Assembly (NCBI GenBank): GCA_965240325.2
Contig: OZ251229.1
Location: forward strand, 1,798,001 to 1,862,000
Direction: 5' to 3'
From: Rebecca billardiae RCC1528
Lineage: Eukaryota > Protista > Haptophyta
DNA: 64,000 nucleotides
A program made the translations under genes and the position numbers. The notes under the pieces were generated by a model, which worked only from the letters and a program-made list of their open reading frames with translations, ran no database searches and had not been told where the DNA came from. The stretch's first letter is position 1, and every line of letters starts with the position of its first letter. Positions 35,459 through 47,360 of the stretch are shown piece by piece.

Positions 35459-38400
35459 ATGCCTGGCGTCAAGCGGAGGCAAGACGCGCCGGCGGGCGGG
35501 CACGACGGCGCGCTCGTGGCGTCGACGGATGAGGGCGAGCTCCTCGTGTGCACCCCAGCGCGCACAGCCGCCGCGTCAGCCGGCGGCACGGCGTTCGAGG
35601 TGGTGGTCGCGCGCGTCGATGAGCAGAGTGGCCGAATGGTCGTCCAGGATCGCTTCGAGATCGCAGGTGGGCTGGGCACCGTCGCGCGCGCCGCGTGCGC
35701 GTGGGGCAGGCGTGCGCGCGCGCGTCCCACGCCGTGCGCCCACCGCCCCGCCGCGATCCGCCCCACTGACGTTCCCTGCGCGCGACATGCGCGCGCGCGC
35801 GCGTGCGTGTGGCGCAGCCTTTGCCACGTCGCCAGCGGCCACCGGCGCGCGCGCCGCCGAGCTCGTGGCCTTCGAGCGCGTCTACTCGGTCCCGCACGCC
35901 GAGCATCGCCCATGCGCGCTCTTCAAGCTCCCGCGCGCCGGCCTCGCCGATGACGCCGACCTCTTCGAGCTCGGGACGATCAGCCCTCGCGCGCGCGCGT
36001 ACGCCGCTCTCGGCGTGTTCGGTGCTGCGTGTGCCGCGCCCACGCCGGTGCGCGCCGACGACGGCGAGAGCGCGGGCCGGCCGCGGGCCGAGCTGTCCGA
36101 GTCGGCCGCGTGCGAGCTGCTGCAGCTGCGCGCGCTGCAGCCGCACTCCCTCATGCACGGGCCAGCCGCGTGCGTGCGCGGCGCAGGTGGCGCGCCGAGC
36201 GCAGCCGCGCGCGGAGCCGGGCACGCGCCAACCGCCTCGGCCCAGACCGTTACTCCGGCCGTTACGCAGGCCGTGACGATCGCGTCTCTCGAGCCCGCGG
36301 TCGACGCGGCGCGGGCCGCGCTCGGCGTGCCCACGAGCTGGTGGGACGCGGCCGCGCTCGGCGGCACCGCCGCCGGCCCCGAGCCGGTCGCGCCGCCGCT
36401 TGAGTTCGAGCTGGTCGCGCGCCGCTTTGAGCTGAGCGGTGCGCACTGCGCGCTCGGCTGCCACGCGCTGCTGTGCGTGGGGACGGTGCTCGACGCGGAC
36501 GCGCGGGCGGGCGGCACGACGCCGGGCGCGACCCTCGGCGCGTCGGCAGGGCAGCACGAGGCCGACGCGCCGGCGGGGCGCTGCCAGCTCGCCGCCGCCC
36601 GGTCGCTGCCACTCGCCAGCGTGGTGTGCACTCCGCCTATGCTGCTGGTTGCGCGGCGCGCGACGGCGCGCGCGGCGCGCGACGAGGCGGACGGCGGCGC
36701 GCGCGAGCGGGCGGGCGGCTCGGTGGCGTGGGAGGTGGTGTGCTCGGAGCCGAGCGGCGACGCGGACGAGCCGGCGCTCGCGCTCGCCCCCGCCGCCGCG
36801 GCGGCGCGAGCGCTCTGGGCTCAGCTGGTGACAAGCCTACCCGCCACCCTCGCGCCGTTGACCGTGAGTGCTTGCGCGCTGGCCGGGGTGGCCGTGCCCA
36901 CTGACGGCGGCGGGAGCGCGCTGCCCGCGGCGGCGGCGATGCTGCCCGGTGGCGCCGCGCCGCAGAGCGCGCCTTCGCTGCTGCTCGGCACGCACGACTG
37001 CGCCGTCTGGCACTTTGGCCCGCCCGCACGCGCCGCGCGCTCGGCGGCGGAGCTCAGTGCGAGCGGCGACGGAGGCGGCGCCAGCGATCCCGGCCGCAGC
37101 GTGCCTCTCTGCGTGTACCGCGCGCTGGCGGGCGTGCCCGTGTGTCTGGGCTGGGCGCACTGGGCGGCGTGCCGCGTGCCGGACGCGCTGCCGGCTGCCG
37201 AACACTCCCTTGTGCCGCTCGCGCTCGCGCTGTGCGCGCCGCGCGCGGACGCCGCCGCGCACGCGCGAAGCTCGGCCGCGGCCGACGGCGGCTGCTCGCA
37301 CCGCGCGCCGCCACTGCGGCCCAGCCCTGCGGCGGAGGCGGCGGCGGAGCGGGGTGGCGCCGAGCCCTCGGCGCGCGAGTGCACGCTCGTCACGCTCGAG
37401 CTCGTCCCGACCGGCTCGGCCGCGCCGCCCGAGCACGACTCACCACGGCCCCCGCAGCCGCTTGCCGGCCGCGCCTTTGCATTGGCCACCGTCCCGCTGC
37501 CGCAGCCGGAACGCGCTCCGAGCGCGCCGTCCGCGCGCGGACGCGCGCCCTGGCACGCGCCGACGCAGCGGGTGCTGGCCGCCGAGTGGCGGCGCGATGA
37601 CGGCACGCTGCTGCTCGTGCGCGCCGACGCCGCCGACGACGCCGACGACGCCGCCGAGGGCGCATGGCGCTTGTACGACCCGCTCGAAGCCTTGGGCACG
37701 CCGCGCCCGGGCGCGGCGCGCGACGTGGACGGCGCGCCCCGACTGGAAGCAGCAGCCGCCGCCGAGGCCGGCGCGGCCGCCGAGGCGACGCAGCGAGCGC
37801 GGCTGGGCGCGGTGCACGCCGCGCTCGCCGAGCGCGTGCGTGCGGGCGCGCTCGCGCTGCGCGCGGTGGAGAACGAGCGCCGCGCGCTCGAGCTGCTCGC
37901 TGCGCACGTCGGCAAACTGCTAGCAGGCACGCAAGCGGAGCGGGCGAGGGGCGGCGGCGCGCACGCGCTGCAAGCGGCCGCGGCGGCCGAGGCTTCGGAG
38001 TGCTGGGCGCGCGCGGCTCGGCTGCGGCCGCTCCGGCTGCCTCGGCCGGCGCGGCGCGGCGCGCTCGAGCTGGTCGACTCGGCCGGCGCCTCCGCGCCCG
38101 TCGCGCCGCCGGCGCCCGCGGCGGCGCGCACCGCGGCAGCCTCCGAGCCTCGCGCGCCGGCCGCGCGGCGCGCGCGCGCGCGCGTGCTCGTGGCCGCGCA
38201 CGGCGCGGGCGTGCGCTGGTCGTACGCGTGTGGGCTGCTGCTGGTGGACGCAGTGCTGAGCTGCTACGCGCTCGAGGCGGAGGAGCCGCGCTCGGCCGAG
38301 CCCGGCCCGCCCGTCCGCGTGCGCCAGCTCGCTCTTGCGGCCCTCGGCGCACCGGAGCAGCATCGGCGCGCGCCCGCGGCTGGCGAGCCGCGCGCCGCCG

Positions 38401-39629
38401 CTGCGGCTGCGGCGGCCGCGGCCGCCGCCGCTGGCGCCGCGGGCACTGCGGCTGAGGCGTGCGCCGGCGTCGAGTCGGCGTGCGACGCCGCCCCCGACCT
38501 GTGGCTGCGCCCGTGCGCCGCCGAGGACGCCGCGCCCCTCGAGCGGCTGACCACGAGTCCGCTCGCAGATGGCAGCGCGCCGCCGCGCGGCGGCACGCAG
38601 CACGCAGTGCGCGTCGCGGTGCGCCTCCCGCCGCGGGTGTGGACGTCCGCGCGGCCGCTCACGCTCACGCTGGTCGCGAGCTGGCACGCGGCGGCGCCGG
38701 CTGCCGCGCCCGAGGGCGGCGGTGAGGAGGCGAGCGCGGCGTCCGCCTTGCTCGACGGCGCGGCGGCGCGCGCGCTCGCGCGCAACGCACTGTGTGCGCG
38801 CGCTGGCGCAGGCGCCGACGCGGACGAGGGCGAGCTGTGCGCTCAGCACGTGTACACGCTCACCATCCAGCCCGCGGCGCTGGCGGAGGCGCGCCGGCGC
38901 GCGTCGCGCGCGCACTCGGCGCCCACCGCCGTGCCGCGCGCCTTCTGCGCGCGCGTCGAGCTGCTGGTTGTGCCACGCGACGGCGTCGGAGTGGCGCGCG
39001 CGGGCTCGGGTCTGGCGGACGCGGCGCGCGCGGCGCTGCAACGCCTGCCCGCCGCGTTGGCCGCCAGCCTCGGCCTCGCCGCGCTCACGCCGAGTGCGCC
39101 CGACCCCGCCGCCGCGTCGTCCGAGCCGCACGCGCCGGGCGCCGCCGTGCTGTGCGGCTGCGTCGCCGCGCTCGAGTGCGAGCTCGTCGTGAGCGTCCGG
39201 TCGCTGAGCGGCGCGGCCGCGTGCGCGCTCGAGGCGCGCGGCGCGCGCTGCGCGGACGCGCTGCACTCGGCACTCGCGCAGCTCGTGGGCCCGGGCGGCC
39301 CACTGCCCGACGCGGTGTGCGCGTGCGCCGACCCGATGGGCGAAGCCTCGTGGGCCGCGCTCACGCGCGCGCGCCGCGCGCTCGCTGCGGAGGTGGACCG
39401 CGCCGTCTCGGCTTTCGACGGGATCGATGGCCGGCTGTCCTCGGCGGCGCACGGCGGCGCGCTCCCCGCGGTCGACGAGCAGCTCCAGCGGCTGGCCGCC
39501 GCCCTGCAGGCCGCGTACAAGCAGCGCGCGGCGGCGGCGGCTGAGCGCACGGACGCGGAGCTCGCCGCGCTCGCGATGCTGCACGACGCGTGGCACGCGG
39601 AGCACGCCGCTGCCGCGTCCTTTGCGTGA
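35459..39629 (+). CDS. Large Ala-rich hypothetical protein (exons 35459-35666, 35818-39629); architecture loosely FANCB/FAAP100-like
   Basis: A GT...CAG intron with a CACTGAC branch site joins two ORFs. Beta-rich N-half, central coiled coil (LAERVRAGALALRAVENERRALE) and helical C-terminus. The family guess is weak. Confidence 0.7.
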
Positions 39630-40431
39630 CACCTGCATGACGAACCGTCACGCATGATATAGTGCTGCCATGCTCTGAGTCTGACGACTGCTGACTACTG
39701 TCTGACACTGTCATCTCATGAGCTGACATATGACTCTGCCGCTCATGTCTGACGACTCAGTAGCCACGCGCTGCTGCTATATATACGCCGTATACTATAT
39801 GTGACAGCAGTGTTATTATTGATGGTATATGTATATATACAATAACTGAGTGTGACTATGACTGTGTGATGTACGAGCTGCGTGACGGCGGGGCCGGGGC
39901 TCGCCGTGTGGCCTCTCACTCTGTTGCACCCAGCTCACAGAATTCGTCATGAACCTTCTACGGGTACACGGCTGGCTGCTGCATCACCTGGAGTGAGATG
40001 GCTTCTCGGGCACTTCCGAGCCATTCCACTTCTTTGCAAGGCGAGCTGCTCTGAGGCTCTTGAGTCTTGTCGCCTCGGAGCCCCAAAGGGCATTCGGCAG
40101 GCATCATCGGCGCGCACCTCGCTCCTCGATCCGCGCGAGGTAGGACTCGGCAGCGCACAACAGCTGCGCGCCAGACACCTCTCGCCTCGACCTCCAGCAG
40201 AGGATGCCCAACTCGTCTCAGCAAGCCGCTCGGCTGCGCACCTACCGCCGCACGCCCGAGCCGCGCATTGCCACGACCAGCAGCTGCTTTCGGTTTGGCC
40301 CGCCCTTCCCGCCCCTGTCTGTCTGTCTGTCTGGCTTGCCGGTCCTGCCAGCCAGAGGCCTGTTCATCAGTGTCGCGCGGACAGCGGCCATGCGGGTCCA
40401 GGACCACAGTGAGTGCATATAAAATATATAC

Positions 40432-40434
<3 letters not shown>

Positions 40435-40505
<71 letters not shown>
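40435..40505. repeat. (TA)n microsatellite
   Basis: Direct observation. Confidence 0.97.
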
Positions 40506-40506
<1 letters not shown>

Positions 40507-41362
40507 GCGATAGATGACTAACTGTCATCAGTAGTCGGTAATAGTGGGTAATGCGACGACCGCTGTAGTAACGTTTGTACTAGCTGACCGGGCGGCCGGA
40601 GTGAATAGCAGACTACGAGTCAGACGAGTACGTCCGTCGTATAAACGCTTATAATATATATATATATATATACGCTACGCGACGTCTTCCGGACGAGTTC
40701 GGCCTCGGGCAGTGGCGGCCGACCGCACTCATAGTCATAGCTTGAATCAGGCCCTGAGTGAGTCACTAGTCAGGCTCAGCTGTCGGCGTCCTGCGCTCAG
40801 CAGTCAGCTCAGTGACAGTCCGCCCGGCGGGCCCTCAGTGTGAGCGTTATGCACGTGTGTGTGTCTGCGCTGAGTTATGAGTATGATGATGACGAGTCGT
40901 CGTCGTCGTTATCGTTCGTCGTCCGATCCGCCGCGTCAGCATCTATATCGGTGATTATTCGCCGTGACTCCGTAGCAGCAGACGCAGTGTGACAGTGTCG
41001 GTGACGATGACCGGGTGCGGCGGGCCAAGGCCCGGCGGCGCCTGTCAATGACTCAATCAGTGTTACCACATCAAGCAGGCACAATTCACGGCCATCGTCA
41101 CTCTCCGCACTCCGCAGCGCAGCCGCTCGCCGCTCGCGCGCATAAATATATGTTGGTTGAGCAGGCGTTTGCGTCTCATTCAAGCTTACTGGCGACTCGG
41201 TCACGACGTGCGATACGCACTGTAGAGTGTAGTCTATGCACTCGCGAATCTCGATAGTCCGGGCCGCGATAGATCATAGGCCGGTCGATCGATACTCAGA
41301 GCCCAAGTCTCGGATGACGCCACTGTCAACCCAGGCCGCTGGGGCGGGGAGGGGTTGCCTCG

Positions 41363-42016
41363 TCATGGGCAGAAGAGCGACTCGCGTGTGTCGGCGCCCG
41401 TCTTCGGGTTGGTCCCTTTTGCGCTCTCCAGCCCGCAGAGGTACATGCGCTGGTCCTTGCGCAGGTCGGTGTCCGTCCAGTCTGAGTTCTCGATCGTCTG
41501 CACGCCCTCGAAGAGGGTGTTGCCCACGACGTACACCTGGCGCAGGACGGTGTCCTTGAGGATCGCGCGGTTCAGCTGCGCGAGCTCGAGGTTCACCTGC
41601 GTCATGTCGGCCCCCGTGAAGTCACTGCCGTCCAGGGTGGCGTCGAAGAACGTCGCGCCGACCAGGTTGGTGCCGCGGAAGTTGGCGTCGCGGACGATGG
41701 ACTGCTGGAAGGCGACGCCGCGCAGGTTCTTGCCGGAGAAGTCGGATCTGTCCAGGTTCACGCCGCGCGTGATCGTTTTGTACGCGCCGGAGCTGTACCC
41801 CTCAGTCGAGCTCGACGCCCCGCCGCGCTCAATCTTGAACGACGACGCATCCTGCGCGACCGTCGGCCCGGCCGCCAGGGCGAGTGCGACGGCGCCACCG
41901 GCGAACGCCCGGGCGAGCACCTGCGACCCACGCAGCGGTGCGCGCGGCCGCTGCGGTGCCGCGCTGGCGGTGGCCGTGAGGATCACCAGCGCGACGGCAG
42001 CGAGGGAGAGCTTCAT
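41363..42016 (-). CDS. Pentapeptide-repeat thylakoid lumen protein (TL17-like) with a multipartite plastid targeting presequence
   Basis: ANFRG-TNLVG-ATFFD-ATLDG-SDFTG-ADMTQ repeats; C-terminal LC...AKGTNPKTGADTRESLFCP; signal peptide, basic transit segment and a second hydrophobic domain. Confidence 0.92.
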   Translation of the reverse strand: MKLSLAAVALVILTATASAAPQRPRAPLRGSQVLARAFAGGAVALALAAGPTVAQDASSFKIERGGASSSTEGYSSGAYKTITRGVNLDRSDFSGKNLRGVAFQQSIVRDANFRGTNLVGATFFDATLDGSDFTGADMTQVNLELAQLNRAILKDTVLRQVYVVGNTLFEGVQTIENSDWTDTDLRKDQRMYLCGLESAKGTNPKTGADTRESLFCP

Positions 42017-42162
42017 CGCGGCGGCGGCGGTGATGACGGGCGCGGTGAAGTATTGCAAGGACGGGCCGCGAAGACGCGAGATCGTGTGGCTCGAGATCTG
42101 CAATCTGACATCTCACCGCGGGCGCAAGCAAGCGTGATGAATGCATCGCGCGTCACAAAACG

Positions 42163-43212
42163 ATGGCGGCGTCGCACGCGTGTCGGCGTGCCACGCTGAG
42201 AGCCTCGCCCGCGGTGGCGCTTGCGGCGCTTCTCTCATGGCTGCCAGGCATGACGCGGTGTGCGGAGGAGCGCGACGGGCACGGCCCGTGCACGCTGCCC
42301 CGTGAGCCGGGCGACCGCTCTCTCGACCGGCCGTGGGTGATGCGCACCCACGCCGGCGGCACCGACTTTGTGGCGCGCACGGAGCCGAACCGCCTGCGAC
42401 GCGACTGGGGCAGCGTGCGCGTCACCCTGTCCTCGGCCAATACCTTCTCGTACGGCCGCGTCGAGAGCACGCTCGGCGCGTACCTCGACTCCCTCACCGC
42501 GGACGGCGTCGCCGCCAACTGGACCTCGGCGGACACGGCGAGTGCCGGCATGTTCTACTGGTTTGGCGAGCACTCGGCTGAGTGGGAGCCGCTCCTGCGC
42601 GAGTACGACTACGCGCCGCTGCTCGGCGCGCTCAAGGGGCTGCCAGGGGACGCGGAGCCGCCCGAGCGCGAGCCGGCGCTCTCCTTCGGCATCGGCGCGC
42701 ACATGTCCGGCGTGCCCTTCCATCAGCACGGTGCGGGCTTCTCAGAGTCCCTGCACGGGCACAAGCGGTGGCTCTTCGTGCGGGACGGGCACGAGCCGCC
42801 GCGCTGGCTGCCGAACGCGACCTCGGCGTACTGGCTGGCGCACGAGCTGCCCGCGCTCACGCCGGCGGAGCGAGCGCTCGTGCTGGACTGCACGATCGGC
42901 CCGGGCGAGGCTGTGTACTTCCCCGCAGGCTGGTGCGTGCGCGCGGCGCTGCGGCTCCGCGTCGGCGCCGGCCGCGGGGTGCCGGCGTGCGCCGTGCGGG
43001 TGCGCCTGCGGTGTTTGCACGCATCGTCAGGCGGGAGGCGCTGGGCGCATGGGGTGGCGCTGGCAGGCATGCTGCGCGGTCGCGCGCGCGATGCATCGCC
43101 GACGCACCCCATGGCGACCCCCCTGCGCGCCTTGCGCTTCCCCAGGTTCCACGCCACAATCAACGCGCCTGGGCCGGGGAGGTCCGCAGTCTTCGTCAGC
43201 ACCTTCTTGTGA
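42163..43212 (+). CDS. JMJD8: JmjC-domain protein, JMJD8-like (exons 42163-42932, 43146-43212)
   Basis: VTLSSANTFSY, SFGIG...SGVPFHQHG, GHKRW and PGEAVYFP; removing the 213-nt GT-AG intron gives GWFHATIN. Confidence 0.85.
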   Translation: MAASHACRRATLRASPAVALAALLSWLPGMTRCAEERDGHGPCTLPREPGDRSLDRPWVMRTHAGGTDFVARTEPNRLRRDWGSVRVTLSSANTFSYGRVESTLGAYLDSLTADGVAANWTSADTASAGMFYWFGEHSAEWEPLLREYDYAPLLGALKGLPGDAEPPEREPALSFGIGAHMSGVPFHQHGAGFSESLHGHKRWLFVRDGHEPPRWLPNATSAYWLAHELPALTPAERALVLDCTIGPGEAVYFPAGWCVRAALRLRVGAGRGVPACAVRVRLRCLHASSGGRRWAHGVALAGMLRGRARDASPTHPMATPLRALRFPRFHATINAPGPGRSAVFVSTFL

Positions 43213-43572
43213 TTTCATCTCTTCTGCCGGTTACACCTGCCTGAGCTGTGTTGCACTGTCGTCAAGTCGTCGTCAGTGTACTGGTACTGATGTGCTGGAA
43301 AATGGCGGAAACCTCCCCGAACTCATATGTGCAGCTGCAACGACAGGTACGGGTCCGACGTTATCGTAGGAACCAAAGTTGTCTCCTGCTAGTTTTTGTG
43401 ATGAACCGTATATTGAAGAACTTCCCGACATTTCTTACCCAGGGCGGCCGCGGTGCGCTTGTGATTGGTCCGCGGCGAACAACTGCCCAAGGGAAGGAAG
43501 CCGACCGACGAACGGTACCAGTATCCCGCCCAAACCAGCCAGATCCAATCATTGTCAGCCTCGCCGATCAGA

Positions 43573-44679
43573 ATGTTGGCGCGACTGTGCCGCGTTGACG
43601 GGCATAGGCTGGGCATCGTCGCCGCGCTCGCGGGGGTGTTGCTCATCTCGAGCGATGGGCTGCTGGTCAAGCTCGCCGGCATTTCGGGCGCATCGGCGGC
43701 GTCGATTGTCATCTTCAAGGGCCTCTTCGGCGCCAGCATGATGCTGGGAGGGATTGTGTGCAGGCGCGTGGCCGAATGGCGCGCCGCGACGCCCGCCGCG
43801 CCGTTGGAGTGGGCGCCGAGCCGCGAGGGCCTTCGACATATCGTGATCGGCGCGTTCCTCGCGGCGTTCCTTTTCATCGGCTTTACGCTGAGCTTCCATT
43901 TCACCACCTCGGCGAACGTGCTCGCGTTCACCGCGCTCTCGCCCATCTGGGCGTCGCTGCTCACCAAGCCCGTGCTCGGCGAGCCGCTACTATGGCGCAC
44001 GATCATCGCGAACGCGGGCGCGCTCGTCGGGACGGCCATCGTCGTCACAGGCGTCGCGCTACGGGCGGGCGACGCCGTCGCCACGAGCACGTCCGTGCTC
44101 GGCACAGGCCTCGCCATCCTGACTGGGATCGCGAGTGGCTTCTACTATACGACGATCCGCTCGGCGCACACGCGCGCGCCGGGGACGAGCATGATCTACG
44201 CGCCCGCGCTGGGGCTGGTTCTCGCCACGGGGTTCGGCCTGGCGCTGATACCCGTGCTGCACGACCCGGCCAAGCCGCTCGTGCCCAGCGGCATGGCCAT
44301 GGTGTGGATCTTTGTGAACGGCGCGTTTTGCGTCGCGACCGCGATCGGGTTTGTCACCCTCGCGGCGACCCTGGCGCCGCCGGCGGAGGTGTCGCTGGTC
44401 ATGCAGCTGGAGGGGCTGCTCGGCCCGCTGTCGACATTCATCGTGCTCAACGAGGTGCCCACCGTCTTCACGCTCTGCGGCGGCTTGGTCGTGCTCACGT
44501 GCGTGATTGGGCACGAGGCCCTCATGTTCGTCTCGCTGACGCGCCAAGCCCGCGAAGCCAAAGCGGCCGGCGCCGACTTCACCGCCAACGGCAACGGCGT
44601 CTCTCACGAGGAGGTATTGTCGAATGGGAACGGAAAGCGCGCTCCCGCGGACGAGGCGCTCGTCGTCGCGAAGGTCTAG
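43573..44679 (+). CDS. Drug/metabolite transporter (DMT/EamA family)
   Basis: About 10 hydrophobic helices; SSDGLLVKL, ALSPIWASLL...VLGEP and PAEVSLVMQLE...LGPL...NEVP. Confidence 0.9.
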   Translation: MLARLCRVDGHRLGIVAALAGVLLISSDGLLVKLAGISGASAASIVIFKGLFGASMMLGGIVCRRVAEWRAATPAAPLEWAPSREGLRHIVIGAFLAAFLFIGFTLSFHFTTSANVLAFTALSPIWASLLTKPVLGEPLLWRTIIANAGALVGTAIVVTGVALRAGDAVATSTSVLGTGLAILTGIASGFYYTTIRSAHTRAPGTSMIYAPALGLVLATGFGLALIPVLHDPAKPLVPSGMAMVWIFVNGAFCVATAIGFVTLAATLAPPAEVSLVMQLEGLLGPLSTFIVLNEVPTVFTLCGGLVVLTCVIGHEALMFVSLTRQAREAKAAGADFTANGNGVSHEEVLSNGNGKRAPADEALVVAKV

Positions 44680-44785
44680 CGCCGGGCGCCGTAGCCACCC
44701 GTCTCAGACTTAAGTGGGAGGGCGACCGGACCGTTAAATCGGCCCGGCTGAGTCTGAGCACTCAATAATATATATATATATATAT

Positions 44786-45389
44786 CCATCTGGCCCTTGG
44801 CGCTGGCCTCCTCCGTGCCCTTCGCTCCACCCTAGGTGGGGCAGGGGGTGCGGGGTGTGACGCGCCCAGGGCGGCCAGGTTCCCCAGCATCAAGCACTGC
44901 ATCTGCAGCAGCCCGCCGGCGGGCTGGGCTGCGACATCGACTACCACCTCATCTGCTTCATCGCCCAGAGCGCGCTAGGCGGCGCGCTCACTCTCCAAGC
45001 CCCTCTTCTGCAGCTGCGCGCCGCTTGGCCGGCGCGCGGCGACGCGTACTACGACCTCATCCTCATCCAGGCGCCCACGCCGCACGCGGGCGCACGGGGG
45101 CGACAGCCGCGGCTGCCGCTTGCCGGAGCTGCTCGCCGCTAGGTCGGCGGGCGGCGACATCGACTACGACCTCACCCTCATCCAAGTGCTCCGGAAGGCG
45201 CTCGGCCGCGGCGGCATCTGCCGTCGCCGCCGCGTGCCCCAGGCCGAGGCGGTGCTCCATCCCGGCCCCGCTCCCGTAGGGGGGCAGGGCTGCGGGTGGC
45301 GCACTGTCTGACCTGGACGGAAGGCGCGGACGCATTCTATGTGTCTGTTGCACTCTGAGCCTGACGCTTGTCCGATGCTGCCACGTCGT

Positions 45390-45392
<3 letters not shown>
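44786..45392 (+). mobile_element. Putative non-autonomous retroelement bounded by (TA)n, sharing the 3' end of the adjacent LINE
   Basis: Flanked by (TA)n at 44768-44785 and 45393-45483. It ends CTGACGCTTGTCCGATGCTGCCACGTCGTTAA versus the LINE end CTGACGCCTGCCCGTTGCATACCACGTCGTTAA. Confidence 0.65.

Positions 45393-45483
<91 letters not shown>
45393..45483. repeat. (TA)n tract between two tail-to-tail elements
   Basis: Direct observation. Confidence 0.97.
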
Positions 45484-45487
<4 letters not shown>

Positions 45488-47360
45488 CGACGTGGTATGC
45501 AACGGGCAGGCGTCAGAGTCAGCAAGCTGTAGCAGCAGATCGAGCAGCAGAGACAAACACCAGGATCAGCGCTCCTCGCCGTCGTCCCCCCCCTCATAGT
45601 CGCCCATCACTCCATCGCCGAGCGGAAGCTCGACGCACCGTCTGGCGTCGACGCGCACGCGCCACCGCGGTGGTCGCGGTGCCACGCGTCGTCAGCAGTC
45701 GTCTCGAAGTAGTCGTCGTATGCAGCGCCCCCGCGGGCGCGTGCCCCCGGGCGCACGTGCGCCATGCGCGCGCGGGCGATGAGCATCTTGGCCTGGCCAC
45801 GCAGGCAGCGCATGCCCAGCTCGCGCCGCATGGTGCCGAGCAGCGCGCGCTCGGCGGCGGGGCGCGAGGGCGCGCTGAGGCGCGCGCGCCACGTGTCCCG
45901 CCCCATCTTGGCGATCTTCTTGAGGGTGAGGTCCACCTCCGCGCTCCACTCGCCGAACGCCCCCACGACAATCGGGACGATCGCGGGGAAGGTGTCGAGC
46001 CGCGCCTCGTATGGGCCCACCTGGCCCTCAAGCGTGCCGTAGACCTCGCGGTCGAGGAGCTGCAGCTGCTTGCGCCGCTCGCGCGGGACGAGTTCCGCGC
46101 GGTGGCGCACCGCACCGTTGCGGCCGTCGCTCACCCTGTAGCGCGACTGGCTCAGCGAGATGGTCTTGACCTCGAACAGGGTACAGTTGCCGTGCACCTC
46201 GGCACTCAGGTCCACCACCGGCACGCGCTTGCGGTCCGTGCCGAGCACCGCCTGCGCCTGGGCGGTGGACTGGGCGTGCACCGAGCCGAAGATCCAGGTG
46301 TCCTCCGGCACGGCGTACACACCGGCGTACGTGCGGAAGAACCCCGCCAGCACGCGGATCACCGGGTCGTGCCGGTAGCGTGCGACGTGGTCGCCGGGGA
46401 GCGCGTTGCGGCCGGACGCGCTGAGGAGCGCGTCGCCGTACGCGTCCACCCGGACGCCAGGACCCGAGCGCGTGGGCACGTACGCCCCGGCCTGGGCCAG
46501 CGGCGCGCAGACCGGGCTGGGGATCCCGAGCGCGCGCGCCGCGATCTCGAGCCACTCACCCTGGTGGTGGACCGCCGCGCTGCCGATCGGGAGCGCGCCC
46601 ACGAACGCGAGTGAGGCACGGTCCACGTTCTGGATGAGGTGCACACGGCGGTCGTCCCGCGAGAGAGAGCTGAGCTGCCGCCGCAGGAGCCAGCCGTGGG
46701 TGTTCTCGACGTCCTCCGTGATGTCCTTGGCGAGGCTGTAGTAGATGGTGCCGTCCACAGCCCGGCGTGCAGTGGGTGCCACCTGACCCGCCGGGAGGTG
46801 GAGCACGCAGTAAGGCTGCCGGTTGGGCACAGCTGGCGCCTCCTGCTCGGCGAGCTGGAGGCGCTCCCAGATGGTCGCGAGCGTCCGCCCGAGCGCCGAG
46901 CCCGACTGCAGAAACTGGCGCCATCCGGCGGCGCGCATGTCCACGAACGCGTCGCGGCCCACGCGCGCGACGATGGAGTCGCGCTCGAGGACGCCGTGCA
47001 CGGCGACGCCGCCCTGCATGGGGGCGTGGCGGTCGAGGAACGCGGGAACAGCGGCGTGGGCCCCCGCCCAGAAGGCGGCGGGTGCCCGCTGCGCCGCCGA
47101 GCGCAGGGCGAGCCCCCCGAGGCGGACGGGCAGGCGGAGCCGCTGCAGCATGATGTCGTCGAGCTGGTCGTCGGTGGGGAAGCCTAGCGCGACGCCGGCC
47201 TGCCGGAGGATGATAGCGTCAAACCGCTCACACGCCTCGGCGGTGGCGTCGGGCTCGATGTGGCGGAGGAAGTAGTCGAGCTTCGTCGAGGTCGAGTAGT
47301 GCGTGAGCACCCACAGCCCCTGCTTGTGCGCCGAGCCGAGCCTGTTGATCAGCTTGTTCG
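45484..47360 (-). mobile_element. 5'-truncated non-LTR retrotransposon, CRE-like clade with restriction-like endonuclease (ORF remnant 47360-45607)
   Basis: RT C-terminal/thumb motifs KLDYFLR...FD and LPVRLGGLAL; VDAYGDALL, RHD, the D...EVK endonuclease motif and PIVVGAFGE. The ORF begins abruptly at (TA)n 47361-47384. Confidence 0.88.

Noticed and set aside
39880-40430. Possible gene or retroelement next to the (TA)n at 40435
   Set aside because: Only short stop-interrupted frames are present and the CCACGTCGTTAA terminus is absent; it is too decayed to call.
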